Positions 48,517 to 62,554 are shown, counted from the first letter of the stretch. The stretch is DNA of 64,000 nt from Azolla caroliniana (GCA_043228905.1 JBHGNT010000007.1:5208001-5272000); one strand, 5' to 3'. A program made the numbers and translations. The notes: generated by a model from the sequence alone, not told the origin.

Positions 48517-51500
48517 ATGGAGTTCACTCTTCTTCACTCTTCTTGCTCTCTCCTTCATCATCACCATCACCATCACCATCACATCCCCCCTCTCCCTCCT
48601 CCTCCTCCTTCTTTGATCCCATTTCCTTTTCCTTTTCCTCTCCATCGTTCCTGTTCTTCATCTATGAGAGTATCCTTTGCTAGACAGAGTGCCCCCATCC
48701 CAAGAAGAGACATATCCGAGCTCACCGAATATGATGATGACGACGACGACGACGGCGAAGATGATCAGAAGGGAGAGAAAGTTGAAGATGAAGGCAAAGA
48801 AGGAAAGAGGTCTAGGTCAAGACGAAAGCAACGGCATTTCTCTACTGAAGCCGAAGCTAAAAGGCACCATTGGATCTCTCGAATGTGGGCACCATGGGAA
48901 GAAGCTCTCTCTCCTGAAGCTCAATTTGCAGTAGATGCACTTAATCTCAATCAAGGAGATGAACCCATTGTTCCCATGGACATGATGAATAGGTTAGAAG
49001 TGAATGAACCGATAATTCCTGATAATGATGATTATCTATCTGAAACGAATCAAGAAACAAGTGGAAAAAGGGATGGAAATAATGAAACAGGTGGTTTTGA
49101 AAAACGCCCTGAGGCCAGGGGGGGAGCCAGCATGGCTTTCTCTTTTATACCTCCTAGAGATTGGCCTCCCACTGGCTGGAAAGTGGATGCAGATGAACTC
49201 GCATTTATTCGAGGAATTCATTCCATTGTTGACAAAGATACTAGAACGTTTGATTCTTTGAATGTCTCAGGAGCAATTGATTTCTCAGAAGAGAATCGTG
49301 GCCAATTTTCTAGGTGGGATATGTTTGTAAAACAATATCTTGAGTGGGTCAATGCCAACAAATCTAAGCTCGATCAAGAAGCTGAGGAGGTAAGTGAAAC
49401 TTTCCTTTCCCTTTTTATATTTAAAAATTTCATTAATCGTATTAATCTTCTTTAGAATATCCTCTGTGGAATGTATATCTCTGGATGCTATTTGTCCTTA
49501 GTGACACGTTGATAATATTGATGTCCAATAATCTGGCCTGTGATTCATATGTGGCTTTTTAGCAGTTTCTCCATGTTTTCTCCATGTTTTCTCCACACTT
49601 TTAAAACTCAAGATATGTTGGAATAAAAACCTTGAAATATTGGGATATATCTACTTATAAAATAAACTCAACAAAATTAGATGAAGGTTTATATAACCTT
49701 CTGGTAGAATTGATAAGATTTATGTATCATTGTTTTGCTTTTCAATCATCATAACACACTGGGTAGAACACAGCTGCCCCTCTCTTTGGAATATGATGTA
49801 TGGAGTTTACGTTTACTCAAATTTTTGATATGCTATTGTGGTCAAGAATCTTTCAATGTTGCAATTCTGTTGGTATCCAAAGCTATCTTTGATGAGAAGC
49901 TCCATGCTTTCTTCTCATATGTTTTTTAATGCCTTAGGATGAATGATTAAGGCTTATTCTTGTTTTATCACTGATTATCTTACAATCACCAGTCTTTATT
50001 TGCTCTATGGATGTAATTTGTCTAGTCCATGTTGTTGTATGCTATTTCAGCATGTAGCTTTAATGAGATTCTTCATGCTTTTGTCTCACATTGTGAGTAG
50101 GTGCCTGAAATGTAGCCCAATGTTAAAAAGCAATGTGAGTTTGATCTAATATGATCTTGGAATATTCGAAATTTTAATGTCTACGTTTACATTTAAAACG
50201 ATGAGGACCCTTCATACTTGCTTTGCATGTGGTTGTGCTTTCAAGATAAATGTAAAACAAGTTAGTTTTCCGGACATGTGCTGATAAAAATATTGGCAAT
50301 TTTAAGGAGTTATTTGGCCTTATAGGTGGGTGATGAATACTATCCTGGAAGAAGAAGAATGGGGGAAGAGTATGTTGAAGGGATGGTAAGTTACACAACA
50401 TTAACTTTGCACATCATGTGTTATCAGGTGTACTAACCTTCGTGACTTTTTCTGATGCAGTATGAGCTTCCGTTTATATATCCGGGACAAGTAATTCTCG
50501 TTATATGTTCCATATGTTTGCATTACTAAATTTTGGACTTTCATATTTCAAGAGGTTCATATTTTTCAATATGCTATGCTTACAGCATTATGTAGGAGAA
50601 GTTACAATGGTTCATTTATATGAAGGTGCATTTGTCAACTTTGGTGCAGTTCATGATGGGTGACTTCTTTGTCCTATATATTGGCCTTCTGATTAGTTTC
50701 TTTTGTGAAATCTTATAAAATTTTAGTTTGCATAAGGTGAGTTTGGAAACTAAATACTCTAGCTTGTTGAAGGTAGACAGTATGGATAAGATATAGTGTT
50801 GCATGATGTTGTGTCACACAATTATAAGCTTTTTTTGTATCTGATTGCAGCTGGGTGCCTATAAAGCGCAACGATTGGTTTTGGATCCGAGATCACATTA
50901 AAGTTGGCATGCGAGTTCATGTTGAAGTTATTGTAAGATTCTTATATTCTGCTCAACTTACCTCGTTCAAGTTTTAAACAGGTTGCAAATGAATCTTTAT
51001 TTTTTCCATTAGGACTTTACTCTTCAAAACATATCCCTGTAAAACAATTAAGAAGTGTAGCATTGTTCGATTTCACCTGTTGAGTTTGTTCACTCTGTGA
51101 TTAATAAGCAATCATAATATGTGTTTTATGTAGGCGAAAAGAGATCCTTATCGTTTCCGCTTTCCTGTACAATTGCGTTTTGTCAACCCAAATATTGATC
51201 ACTTGATGTGAGATCCTATTCTCAAAGTGGCATGATCTTACAAGTTTAATGCATAACTCACTAGTTTAATTTTTTATCTGTGTCTTAAATATATAGATTC
51301 AATAGATTCAAGCATCCACCTATATTTGTTAGAGATAATGAAGAGGAGAACATGGATCTGATAACGGTAACAAACTCCTTTTCATTAACACCTGCTATAT
51401 GCTTTCTTCTAGAAGGATGTTTTCAATGTTTGCTGATTTTGCAGCGAGAGGTCGGCAGGCCATTCTGGCCAAGAAGGAGACCAGAACCAGTAAATGGTAA

Positions 51501-54500
51501 AGAGGTGGTACCAAAGCGCAATCATCCGTTTTCTTTCAAAGTATGTATTCACTCTCTTTGCTGAAATGAGGGATATTCTAGATAGAAATCAGTTTTGGGT
51601 GCTGATGATCTGAATAGAAAACCCACAACATCTAATTTAGGCTATTTCTAAGAAAGATGAAACGATGATCTATGTTGCTTGAGATGGAGTACTCATGATG
51701 AAGCATGTGATTGCCGTATCCCTCAATCATTGAGTACTCATTAGGTTAATTCACAATCCATCATATAACCATGCAAATATTATGATCTATTCAACTAAAT
51801 GTGTATGCATTGTTGGTTGTCCTATGGTTTTTGTGATGTGTAAAAGCAATTATTTGCATGCATCTCAGGTTTGGCAACTGCATATAGCTGAGCAGATGGT
51901 CTTAGATGATGAAGAGAACCGTGCAGCCGGGATAATAACACCCCCAGAAGAGCTCAATGAGGTGAATGAAGCTGAACGGGACTATATAGATGCTGACACG
52001 TTTTGGACGGAGGAAGTACTGGGGGACAAAACATTTGACTCGCTCATTCTGGTACAAAATCCCTAAAATATTCTTAATTTACACAATTGTATATAGAAAT
52101 GATCTTTTTTTCTTACATATATACATACACATATTTTTCTTTGGTTCATGTTGTCATGTTAACAGACACAACAGGAATCAGAGCTGGACCTAGTTGAAGC
52201 TCGCAAAGAAAGGGAGGTATAAAACCAGACTTCTTTTGCTTAGTATTTGATACAAAGTTTTAACTTCTAAAAAGCTTGATTGTGTCTATGAAGCATTATT
52301 CTTCATCATGAAGGTCCGATGCACCCAGTAGGATAACTCTTACTGTCGGCAAATGCACATGATTGATCAAACTGGATTGGCTGTTATTCTGGAAATTTAA
52401 AAAGTGGTTTCATAAAGTATTTTCTTTGATTACTGTTATCGAGTTAAAATTTGATAATGACCATTATCAAATAAATATATGATAAATTATTGGAAATTTG
52501 ACATTTAAATATATGTTATTCGATAATTTGATAAATTACTGGAACTTCGGCACTTAAATATATGTTATGGATGGCGTAAATTCCCTAACGTAGGCTACAT
52601 ATACATTAGCATCTTGGCTCGATTATCTTTATAGAAATTTCAATATTCATTAATATATGTTATTGATTGCCTAATTTCCTTCACGTAGGCTACATATATG
52701 TTAGCATCTTGGCTTGATTATCTGTATAGAAATTTCAATATTCATTGATAAAGTAGGTCAAGAGGTCTACATCTTTTATGGGCATGGTCTATATCTCAAG
52801 CATCGATTTCATATTCTGATCTCTTTTGCTCTCAAACGTTTTGATTTTACAAAAATATAAAAGATGGGGAGATGGTCCTATCTCAAGCATTGAGTTCGTA
52901 TTCTAATCTCCTTCAATCTCAAACGTTTTGATCATACAAAAATTTAAAAGATGGGAAGAGCATTAAAGATTGTTTACTGACAATTGTACAACATTATGGT
53001 AGGTCTCTATTTTGTTGAGATTGATTTGTTATTGTTTGTTGCTGCAAAGGCTATAAATAAGGCAAGGAAAGAAGCAGAGTTAAAAGGAGAGTCATTCGAA
53101 CAACCCAAATCTAGAAGAATTGCATACATTGAGCAGTTGGATGTTATGAACTGGCAGCGATATCTTGATGAACATGAAGCTGTCCAACGTGATAAAGTGA
53201 AGTAGGTTCAAGATTTTTTATATGCTTTTTATTGGGTCAATCTGAAATGCTATTCATCATCTTTGTTGTAGCATAATGTTTTGAACCACAATGAGATTGG
53301 TCGAAATGCAATGGTTAAGTTCTTTTAAACAATTAACATCCATAAAGTAAATGCACAGAATTGAGGTAAGTGACCACCATTCTGCCAATTTGACGTCTCA
53401 GTCTCCTCTTTGAGCATGGGCCATTGTTAGAGCCCTGGAAACAAGTTTTACAAACGGCTTTAATGGTGGAAATATTATTTCACTTGAAATTATATTAGTT
53501 TTAGATGCATTACCCATTACATGGATATGGATTAGTTTTAGATGCAGTACACATTATTCCCACTTCACTTAAATCTAAGAGATATCTGTTGTTATCGAAT
53601 CCCCTCTACTCGTGAGGATATAGATGCCATTGAAATATCAGAATTCCTTAGATTATGGTTGCAAGGGGTTTTCTCTAAGATTTATTCTTGTAAGGGTTTT
53701 CTTGGTTAGAGCCATGGAAACATTTTGTGAACTGCTTGAATGGTGGGAATGTTATTTACATGGAATTGTATTAGTTTAGGTGCACTATCCATTACATGGA
53801 TATGGATTGCTTTAGATGCAGTATATATTACTCCCACTTGAGAGATATCTGTTGTTATTGCACTCCCCTCCATTCAAGGGGATATAGATGCCATCCAAAT
53901 TTCAAAATTCCTTAGATTTGTGTTTCCAAGGGTTTTTCACTAACAGAGATGACATGTACGGTGTAGCTCAGATGGTAGGTTGTCTGTCAGAGACCATGCA
54001 TTCAACCCTACATTCCGGAGTGGCATCTAGTAAATTAGTGCATATATTGAGATTTGAACCCGAGCACGTTAGTAAAAACTTGACTTACCACTAAGGTATA
54101 GCCCCAATATGAGGGAAATAAAGAGATGACACTCATGAGTTTGATCTTGGAGGCTTTCATTCCTGAAGGTTAAACTAGGTCTAGGTTATTTACAATATTA
54201 TACCCTGATGATAATTCATCCTTAGGATTTACAACCGTCTTACAGAGTATCTGGATTTACTTATTGTGTTTAATAGTGGTAGGTGCGGCTGTGTTCCTTT
54301 TTAATCAAATCTAATACAATTTTCGTAACCCATGAATTGATGTTCATCGTCAGTCGCCTAGAATTCGGAATGCCGTTGGAAGAGCCTGGTAAATATGCAG
54401 ATGATAGTTTCTTTGGGGAGAACAAGTATAATCCTAGAGAGAAGAGATGGAGGCATGATTATGTTGGAGATACTTCAAAATCCAAAGATGATTCTAAACG

Positions 54501-54877
54501 AGGGAAGGTACCTAATGTTGAAGAGGATGATAAGATTGAGGATGATGATGGAAACCGTACCAACTCTGTAGGAAGAAAACCGTTGAAGATGGAGGAGGCC
54601 TCTGCAACAAGTGATCTCAAAGATATGGATGCATTTCCGATTGAGTCAAACAAAAATGGGGAGGTGAACGGCAACGGTGATAAGATGGTCAATGGAACTG
54701 AATCTTCAAAGATAATGGATATGAATGGATTATTTAATCCTACGGTAAATCTCTCATGCAGAAAGTAGGAAAAGCACAATTGAGCTTCCTGTATTATATA
54801 TTTTTTAATATAAATATTTTGCATTTGATTTTTGGAAATGTATGCAGGAGGAAGAGCAAGCAGATGATGTAGAATGA
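48517..54877 (+). CDS. PTAC10: PLASTID TRANSCRIPTIONALLY ACTIVE 10 (PEP-associated S1-domain protein PAP3), ~721 aa, 13 exons
   Basis: Exons 48517-49389, 50326-50385, 50461-50490, 50586-50659, 50851-50932, 51134-51207, 51297-51366, 51445-51540, 51869-52051, 52166-52216, 53050-53201, 54354-54744 and 54848-54877 are all GT-AG and in frame (2166 nt). Motifs: PPRDWPP.GW.VD..EL.FIR, YELPF.YPG, GWVPIK.NDWFWIR, KRDPYRFRFP, WQLHIAEQM, G.PLEEPG.Y. Confidence 0.95.
52550..53940. repeat. Several imperfect local duplications in PTAC10 introns
   Basis: Pairs at ~52555/52652, ~52783/52872 and ~53428/53707. Confidence 0.7.
53958..54100. mobile_element. SINE-like element with convergent tRNA-like heads, copy 4 (inverted relative to the others)
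   Basis: Plus A-box TAGCTCAGATGG at 53964-53975, core TACATTCCGGAGTGGCATCTAGTA, and minus head TACCTTAGTGG...GGGTTCAAATC at 54098-54051. Confidence 0.6.
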
Positions 54878-56961
54878 GAAGCTACAAAATGGAGAGCCTT
54901 ATTTTCACTCAACACAATGTGGATTTGTAAGTTAACACCATTAGTTTGTTGTATATGGAACACCAAAGTCAAATTTAGTTTTCCATCCACATGCATATTT
55001 GTATATTTAAAAAAATCCTTTAATATGTCAATTCTCTGAGGCAGGAAATGGCCTCAACCCAAATATCACAAAAATGAGCTACTTTTGAATCTAAAAAAAT
55101 CAAATGTGATGTGTCATCTTGATGTAAACATTACCTTGCTGATGCTTGGATGATAGAAAAAAGAAGATTAAGCTATGTTGATCCTTTGTCCAAGCTGTGT
55201 TCAAGCTTTTTGTTATATGGGAGATTTGTTCCTATATCCTCGGTAGTGATATTTTTCCTCATCTGATCGAATCTATTGGAATTGTACAAGACAAAGGAAT
55301 CAATCAAGAAAGATTTAGTGTCACAAGTACATCTCACGTATTGCATATACATATGCATGTCAAGTGTACATGTAGGAAGATTGGCAGATTCGTCTATTGT
55401 CAGTTTGATGAGAGGGGAGTCTACAGGGAAACATGTTAAATTGATTTCAGGTCCGCAAAATGGAGAAATAGTAAAATGGCTGTAAGGTAACCAAATTGTA
55501 TAAAAGTCTGTGCCATGCACGGTTTGGGAGCCAAGCCCCAGCATTAATGATACAGCTTAGGTAATAATGCAACTCATTTTTAGATAATAACACTGTTTGG
55601 TAGACATGAGTAGTGTTATTACCTAAAACAGATATGAATGATAGAAATAAAGTATTTGCTCATGTAAGGAGTTGATGGGAACAACTGATGAAGTGAATGT
55701 GAAGAATTGCCATCATGGCCTTTTGAACATAGGAGGCTTATGTTACACAAAATTAAGAAGATTGAAATCTATAGTAAATATTTGTATTAGAACTATGCGC
55801 ATACATATCAGAATAGGAAACGCCCAATCTGTGCACCCATATCAGAATAGTGACTCCAATTGTGCTACCCACAACCTCTGACAAACCATTGGGGGACCAC
55901 AGTTTTTCTACTATTGTGTCATAGAGTGCATAGATTCTGCATTGCTTATCTAGGACAAGGGGCTTTTAGCTGTTGCATTAGCGGAGAGCATAGGACACAA
56001 CATCGAAGGCATTTCAAAAATCTACGAAGCAACAATGAATCCTCTTATTATGGGCTTTGCCCTCCTTGATAAGGGCTTAGAGGTTCAATATGTGATCCAA
56101 AGTTGACTCTAGGATCAACTCATATAGTTTGGCCCAGTAATGACCAATCATGATTATTCTATAGTTGCTTGACACCATGGGCTCTCCACTCTTGAGCACG
56201 GGGAAAACCTTCACACATAACTCTATTAAACATGTGTGCTAGCAATGATGTCAATGGCATAGATAAAGTGCTCACCTACGAATTCATCATGATCGAGGGC
56301 CTTCCCACATTGTAACTGATAATGGCATTTCTTACATTTTGCGGAATAAAAAAAAGTGTATTCAGGTGGGCGTGAGCCATAGGGATGGGGGAATGGGGCT
56401 TCCAGGAATATATCCTATTGTACTTTGAATATTCATAAGACACCTGAGCTGATGTCAATTGTGTGGTAGGTTGCTTCGTTAAAAAATTTCTATGCTCTTT
56501 TGCAGTTATTGTCCTAGGGATAAGCGATACACATGCTCTTCAAATTTAGGTAAATGCAATGTCTTATTCTTCCTCATGATGCATTGCAAGGTTTCTCTTG
56601 CTTGTTTGTGTGTATAGAAACCCCGAGTTACTTTACTTTGCAAACATCTCCTTTATCATGGCATTCTTCAACATACCAACTATTTTGTATGGCTACCAAT
56701 TTTGGGTGCATTGCCCGTTGTGTGGGCAAAGGCATTTGTGGCTGCTTTATGCAATGGCTTTGACAATCCTTGTGTAACTTCATCTAGGGGTATGAAAGGA
56801 TCCAACCAACATGCCATTATATACTCCACAATTATCTCTTGAGTAAATTGGTATTTAGCCTGCCCACTTACCTTCTTAATATATGCATTCCTTTTCTTGT
56901 CCTTTTTCTAAATTGAATGTATTTATTCACTAGTCCTTTTTCTAAATAAACTTTGATACCT

Positions 56962-57270
56962 ATTAATTCAACCTTATTTGAGGATATTTCATATGTTAGA
57001 TATACGGATATATTTTAAGGGGTCAAAATGCCCTATAAGACCAAACAAGAGATTGCATCTTGAAATGTCGTCTCATCTTTGAAAACAACAAACCAAAACA
57101 AATCGACCCGAAGCATTAATTCAACCTTATTTGAGGATATTTCATCCTTTATATACACGAATATATTTTAAGGGGTCAAAATGCCCTATAAGACCAAACA
57201 AGAGATTGCATCTTGAAGTGTCGTCTCATCTTTGAAAACAACAAACCAAAACAAATTGACCTGAAGCATT
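56962..57270. repeat. 153-bp tandem duplication
   Basis: ATTAATTCAACCTTATTTGAGGATATTTCAT at 56962 and 57115. Confidence 0.92.
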
Positions 57271-58104
57271 ATTGGTTCTCATATATCCATTACCTTGCAT
57301 TGTAGGGTAACCCTTAGTTAAAGGAGCAATGATATCTTCTCTTTCTTATTTCATAAAAAATACTATAGTGGCAAACATGTTATTTAAATTCCACTCAACG
57401 ATACAATTGGAAGTTTCTTTTTGCTAGAGGTGCATATGCATATATTCCACCCTCAATCTCTAACTAATATGAAGAGTTTGCAACAGCCTTACCACATTAT
57501 GTAATGCCTATGATAGATGTATGCCCCAAGTAAGAGGCCACATGATGAATCCATCCTCCCAACATGTGTAAAAAGCATGGCTTATAGAGGACATCTTCCT
57601 ACCATGAGATGTGGGGTGGATTATGTTCCTTCGTTATCCAATTTGATAACATTTGTTGAAATCAATCTATTCTTTAATACTTTGGTTTCATTTCAAATGG
57701 GGACAACCAATATAATGGGCTTCTACTAATCAAACATAAGCTGAACAAGAATTTCAAAATACTCTCAGCCCTAGATTCAATGAAATTTATGATAAGTTTT
57801 GGATGTAATGGATGTGGTTGGAACAGAAGAAATCCATTGAAGTCTTAGCAAGGATGAAGAGACAAAAAATACAACACTCTTGATGTTGGTATCAGACACA
57901 ATTGAAGTAGAGAAAATCAGTTAGTACTTTATATGCTTGAACTGTTATATAGATCTTTAAAACCCAGAAGACTTAGCCAAGATAAAGAGAGAGAAAACAT
58001 ACTCTCTCCATATTCTTGTGAGATATGGTTAAAATTAAGAAAATCAATTAGTACATAAAGCTTGAACTATATTACTTCTTTGGTTGTTTTGACAACCAAA
58101 ATGT

Positions 58105-58316
58105 GTCATATTCAGAAGGAAAGTAATATAAATTGAATTTTTATGAATCATCGATCAAGAAGATGTTTTTCCTAGCTGTATTCCCAACTATGCTTCCTTT
58201 ATTTTCGTTTGTCATATTCAGAAGGAAAGTAATATAAATTGAATTTTTATGAATCATCAATCAAGAAGATGTTTTTCCTAGCTGTATTCCCAACTATGCT
58301 TCCTTTATTTTCGTTT
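58105..58316. repeat. 106-bp tandem duplication spanning the GEX2 stop codon
   Basis: Units start at 58105 and 58211, with one substitution seen. Confidence 0.92.
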
Positions 58317-61300
58317 GAGTATTGATACTCCCCTGAATTGTGTCTGTCAAGTGTCACCGCTTCGTCAAACAAAGAATCCTCTTGCAATACTACAGGTGCT
58401 TCAAATATATTTTCCATATGAAAGTCTGCATTTTGGGGTGCCAAAGTGTCATCAAAATCTTCCTTTACATCATCTTTTGACCACATTGGATTGAATACCT
58501 GCATGAAATGAGTGTAAGAAACATGTGTGAAATTGTTTTGGATACCATGCTAATTTTCCAAGTCATCATCTAATGAATCACATTAATCACATTTCAAGTC
58601 ATCTCTGAGGAATACAATGTGGTTTGGTTTGGCAACAACAGAGTTGAAGGCCTTGAGCTTGTGATAGTCACCAGGCTCAATTATGATTTTGAGACAATGA
58701 CCCTGAACCTGTGATGGTTCATCATACAAGTTTTGCATAGGTTATAGATTGTGTCATGGTCATGGCTTATGGATTGTGGATGATGTATTTTATTAATAAG
58801 GTTTGGATAAATATTTACACATCCTGCCTCAAACAATATCGATGAATAATCATATCTTATGAATTGCGCATGTTATCCTCTCAATTGTTGATATATAGTA
58901 AGTGGAACTAATATATCTAGTAGCTTACTTCGTGATATTTAGACTAAACCGGGAACATATTCTAACCAAATCTACCTAATCCTAGTTAGTCATATGATCA
59001 GTTCTATTTAGATTCTATCATGCAAACTGTCATTGAAAGTATTCTAGAAATGTTAGGGACTATTGCACTCTTCAAGCAACAATAATACAAGTGATAATGA
59101 ACTCTAAAACAACAATAGTTTAAAGTGATTTGTGGTGGGTTTTAGTTAAGATTTTACTTGTTGCCAAGTAGCTAATTAATAAAGTTTCATATGTAGGAGT
59201 ACTTACTCTAGTCTTTTTCAACATGTCGTCCTCAGATAATGTTCCATCATCATAATCATATGATAGACTTCTTCTATATCGAATAATCAAAATTGTCACA
59301 TATAGCATGAAAACTAATGGACATGTTAAACCTGATGCAATCTTTGCCCTTACATCTACAAGGCAAAATAAACTTCAAATAGTTGCATATACTTGAGCAA
59401 GAAGCATCCTTTATGTTAAAGAATAATTCAGGTTTTAGTTGAATATACACACCTGGAGGAATATACTCGAAATTGATTAAGATACGTTCAACATCTTGGA
59501 GAGGATTAGTATTGTTTGAAGTGCAATCTTCCATACATCCGAAATTCCCCAAATCATTTACGATAATTGTGAGCAATACAGTTCTTAGGCCCTATGTGAA
59601 AACATCCATTACAAGGAAATGTAAATGACATGCTTATTACAGCAACAAACTCTCTATTTACATTTGAAACGTCAGAAGAGTGGAGAAAGGAATTGTTTGT
59701 GAAACTATTTTGTTTGTCTCGGTACCTAAGCAACTAGACATTCAATGGGTCCTATTTCTTCCATAGTAACATGTTTTTGATACAATAAATACTATCCTAC
59801 ATGCTTGAATCCAAATAAATGCTTAAAAAGAGATTACTATTGACTAACAAACCTTTGGGTTTGTTATAATAACATGAAGTGACTTCAGAGCATCATTGCA
59901 TGATTGAATAGTATCTTGGAACTCAATCTTATGACCAGTTATAATTCTCTTGTTCTCTCTTAGCTTAGTTTCACTTGGATTAATCCATTCATTTGAATCT
60001 TCACTCAGAGAAGTTGGACGTAGAGAGATTTTCAAACTTTGGGAGCTGACTTCAATTGATATTTTCAACTGTAATTCTTTTGTAGTTCCTGCAAAACAGG
60101 GGTGTACATTTGATGGTGTACATGTTTGAATAATGTTAAGGATAAAATTAGGGAAGCCAACATATAAACAGTGAAATACTAAATAAATGTAAAAAATAAA
60201 AGGGTGAACTTAAATCATGGAAAAGCACGCATTACAAATATAAAAGATACTACTATTATTAGGAACTTCCATAATGAGGTCCAAACTAACAAGTATAATT
60301 ACAATGAAATGAACCAAAATCATAAGATCCTTCGGCTACAAACATTTAAAGATTGTGAATATGATAATGAAATATTCCTGTGTATATAATGCTGAAAACC
60401 TAATACACGTGGACAAGAATTGCCAGCAGTGCATAGCCCCCACAAAACAATGAGGAACTTTTTACACGGTAGATTTCTAAGCATCACCATCTGAGATTGT
60501 GGAGGGTATATTGTTAGCTCTACAAGTTTCAAGCATACGTAGGAAATGTGAAAAATATGTGAAATTGAATGTGGCCAATTTGAACACATGTAGCAAGGAA
60601 AGAGGTGTGAACCTTAAGCATACTACAAATAGTGATAAAGAGATCATTAACAAGTTAAACTATTTTAAAATTAAATTTGGAATTAAAGAATTAATAATGA
60701 TGGTTATACATGGTGCATTAATAATAAACTAATGTGGTTAAGCTAAGAGCTCATATATTACCCTGATGTGAATATGCATCTATTAATATTGCACTTAACA
60801 GCATACGGAATCCATATTTGGAAATAACACATGAATAAAAGCATACCTCGAACATCTCTTTCATCAGGATCACCCACAGCTATACTAGTTATAGGAATTT
60901 CATTATGTGTCTTCCAATAGGTTGCATTAAAGAAGAGAATATTGGATGATATGTTAATGAATGGTGGATTGTTCTTAGCTTGTAGCAGGACTAAGATACT
61001 TGCTTTTGAACCTTCCTGCTTTGTATTGAACATTTGCATGCTAATGTTGTCATTTCCATTGAAAAGTGGTTCCCTAGAAATAGCATAATGTAAAAGGTTA
61101 TTTATGCCAAGAACAGAAGGTTCAAATTTTAATGTAACCTTCACTGTAGTATGTCCTGGTCTTCACATGAAAAAAAGTAGTATTAAAATATACTCTAATC
61201 ATCTAAAAATCTGTCTAAACTGTTGATGTTTCTGCAATACCAATTAATGATGGTGATCACAAACGTATCTGCCATAATATTTGGAAAGATGGTTCTAAAA

Positions 61301-62554
61301 TACCGAATGAGTTAGAAAGTTAGTTCTAAAATACCGCAGATGGTGTCTCTACAGTGTTGGAAAATACACATGGACGTCCAGAAAATTTGGACAAGGATAT
61401 TTGCTCATAATGGCATTCCCTTTCAAAATTTCATCAAAATCTCATAGGATGGCAATTTCTGTGAGAAAATGGTTGCCAGTCATTACATATAATGTCTTGA
61501 GAGGTGGTTACTATTTACTTCAGAGAGGAAGTCTCAACTATCGTCCAATCTACCACATAGAAAGATCCTGAGGATGTAGTATTGTACATTGAATCTCCTC
61601 CAACAATCGAATGTTTGTGTTGGTCATTGCCCAACATTTAAATATTACTCAAAGGAACAAGTTTTTGAATGTTAGATCTTGACAGGACCATGCGAGATAA
61701 TCGCATGCTTCAGAATGATAAGACTCCCATTTTCAGTCTATCAGTGAACTATAAATAAGGTTACTATCAGACCTTATGTGTAAGTGATTTCAGAAAAAAT
61801 AAAATATCAATATGTATACCCATAAAACATCATGGAGGATTACAAAAACTGAAACACAAAAAAGTCTCATATCGAATCTGATTTAAAGTAAAATCTTACC
61901 CTATATAACGCAATGCTTGAACAGCAGCGCTAACAAGGGTAAAAGATCCTGTGAATACGAGTGATGACTTTGAAGAGTTTGACATAGACTCTTCTTGATT
62001 ATCAAATGAAAGAACTTGGACACCTTGCCATAGTTGTGGTAAATCTGGAGCAAAGTAGATGTGTCCATGTTTGGCCTGGACCTCAATTTCAAGGGTCTCA
62101 TCGATATTGGGGCTTATAATTTCCAAGCCTTTGATGCCCCTGCAATCCATATCCATATACATTAATTGTAATTATTTGAAAATGATGCTGCCAATGTAAT
62201 TATTTTGAAAATACACAATCAGCCATAAAAATAACTCTAGCCCCTGAAAAATGATTGAGCAAATGAAATGATATTCCAATAAGACAATCATCCTACAAGA
62301 ATAAAACTATTATAATAACCATGAATTGCCTACCTCTGGCTTGGAATCGACTGATCCTCCAATCCTATTAACACTTGAGGATTAGATACAAACTGTGGAA
62401 CATATGCAAACACAGTAATGCTAACATCTCCATAGGCTATTTGATTCTTGAAGTCCATAATAGTATATATGAGGTTATCAATTCCCGTGAAGTTTACTTG
62501 GGGAGTATAAACCAAAGAGCTTCCAACCACTTCGGCTTTTCCATAAAATGGGCC
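58247..62554 (-). CDS. GEX2: GAMETE EXPRESSED 2-like membrane protein, 3' part (5' exons not in window)
   Basis: Exons 62554-62334, 62139-61900, 61073-60847, 60088-59853, 59591-59453, 59355-59207 and 58498-58247 splice in frame. They give cadherin-like LVYTPQVNFTGIDNLIYTIMD, PQFVS.P..L...ED, NNPPFIN, VGDPD, NDLGNFGC..DC, then one TM segment (IASGLTCPLVFMLYVTILII) and an acidic tail. Confidence 0.85.

Noticed and set aside
47858-48527. 187- and 195-aa minus-strand ORFs divergent from PTAC10
   Set aside because: They are built largely from AT, GA and GAA microsatellites in the promoter/5'UTR, with no domain.
53958-54035. Possible tRNA gene starting GTGTAGCTCAGATGGTAG
   Set aside because: There is no anticodon or T-arm pairing and the B-box is decayed. 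It is part of the SINE-like repeat family.
58580-58708. Alternative GEX2 terminal exon
   Set aside because: It is open and in phase but has no supporting homology. The 58498-58247 exon looks more coding-like. This cannot be resolved without RNA data.
61074-61160. Longer GEX2 exon using an acceptor at 61160
   Set aside because: The acceptor at 61073 gives YIGEPLFNGND, which aligns directly with the GEX2 pattern YLG..NF.G.D without an insertion.
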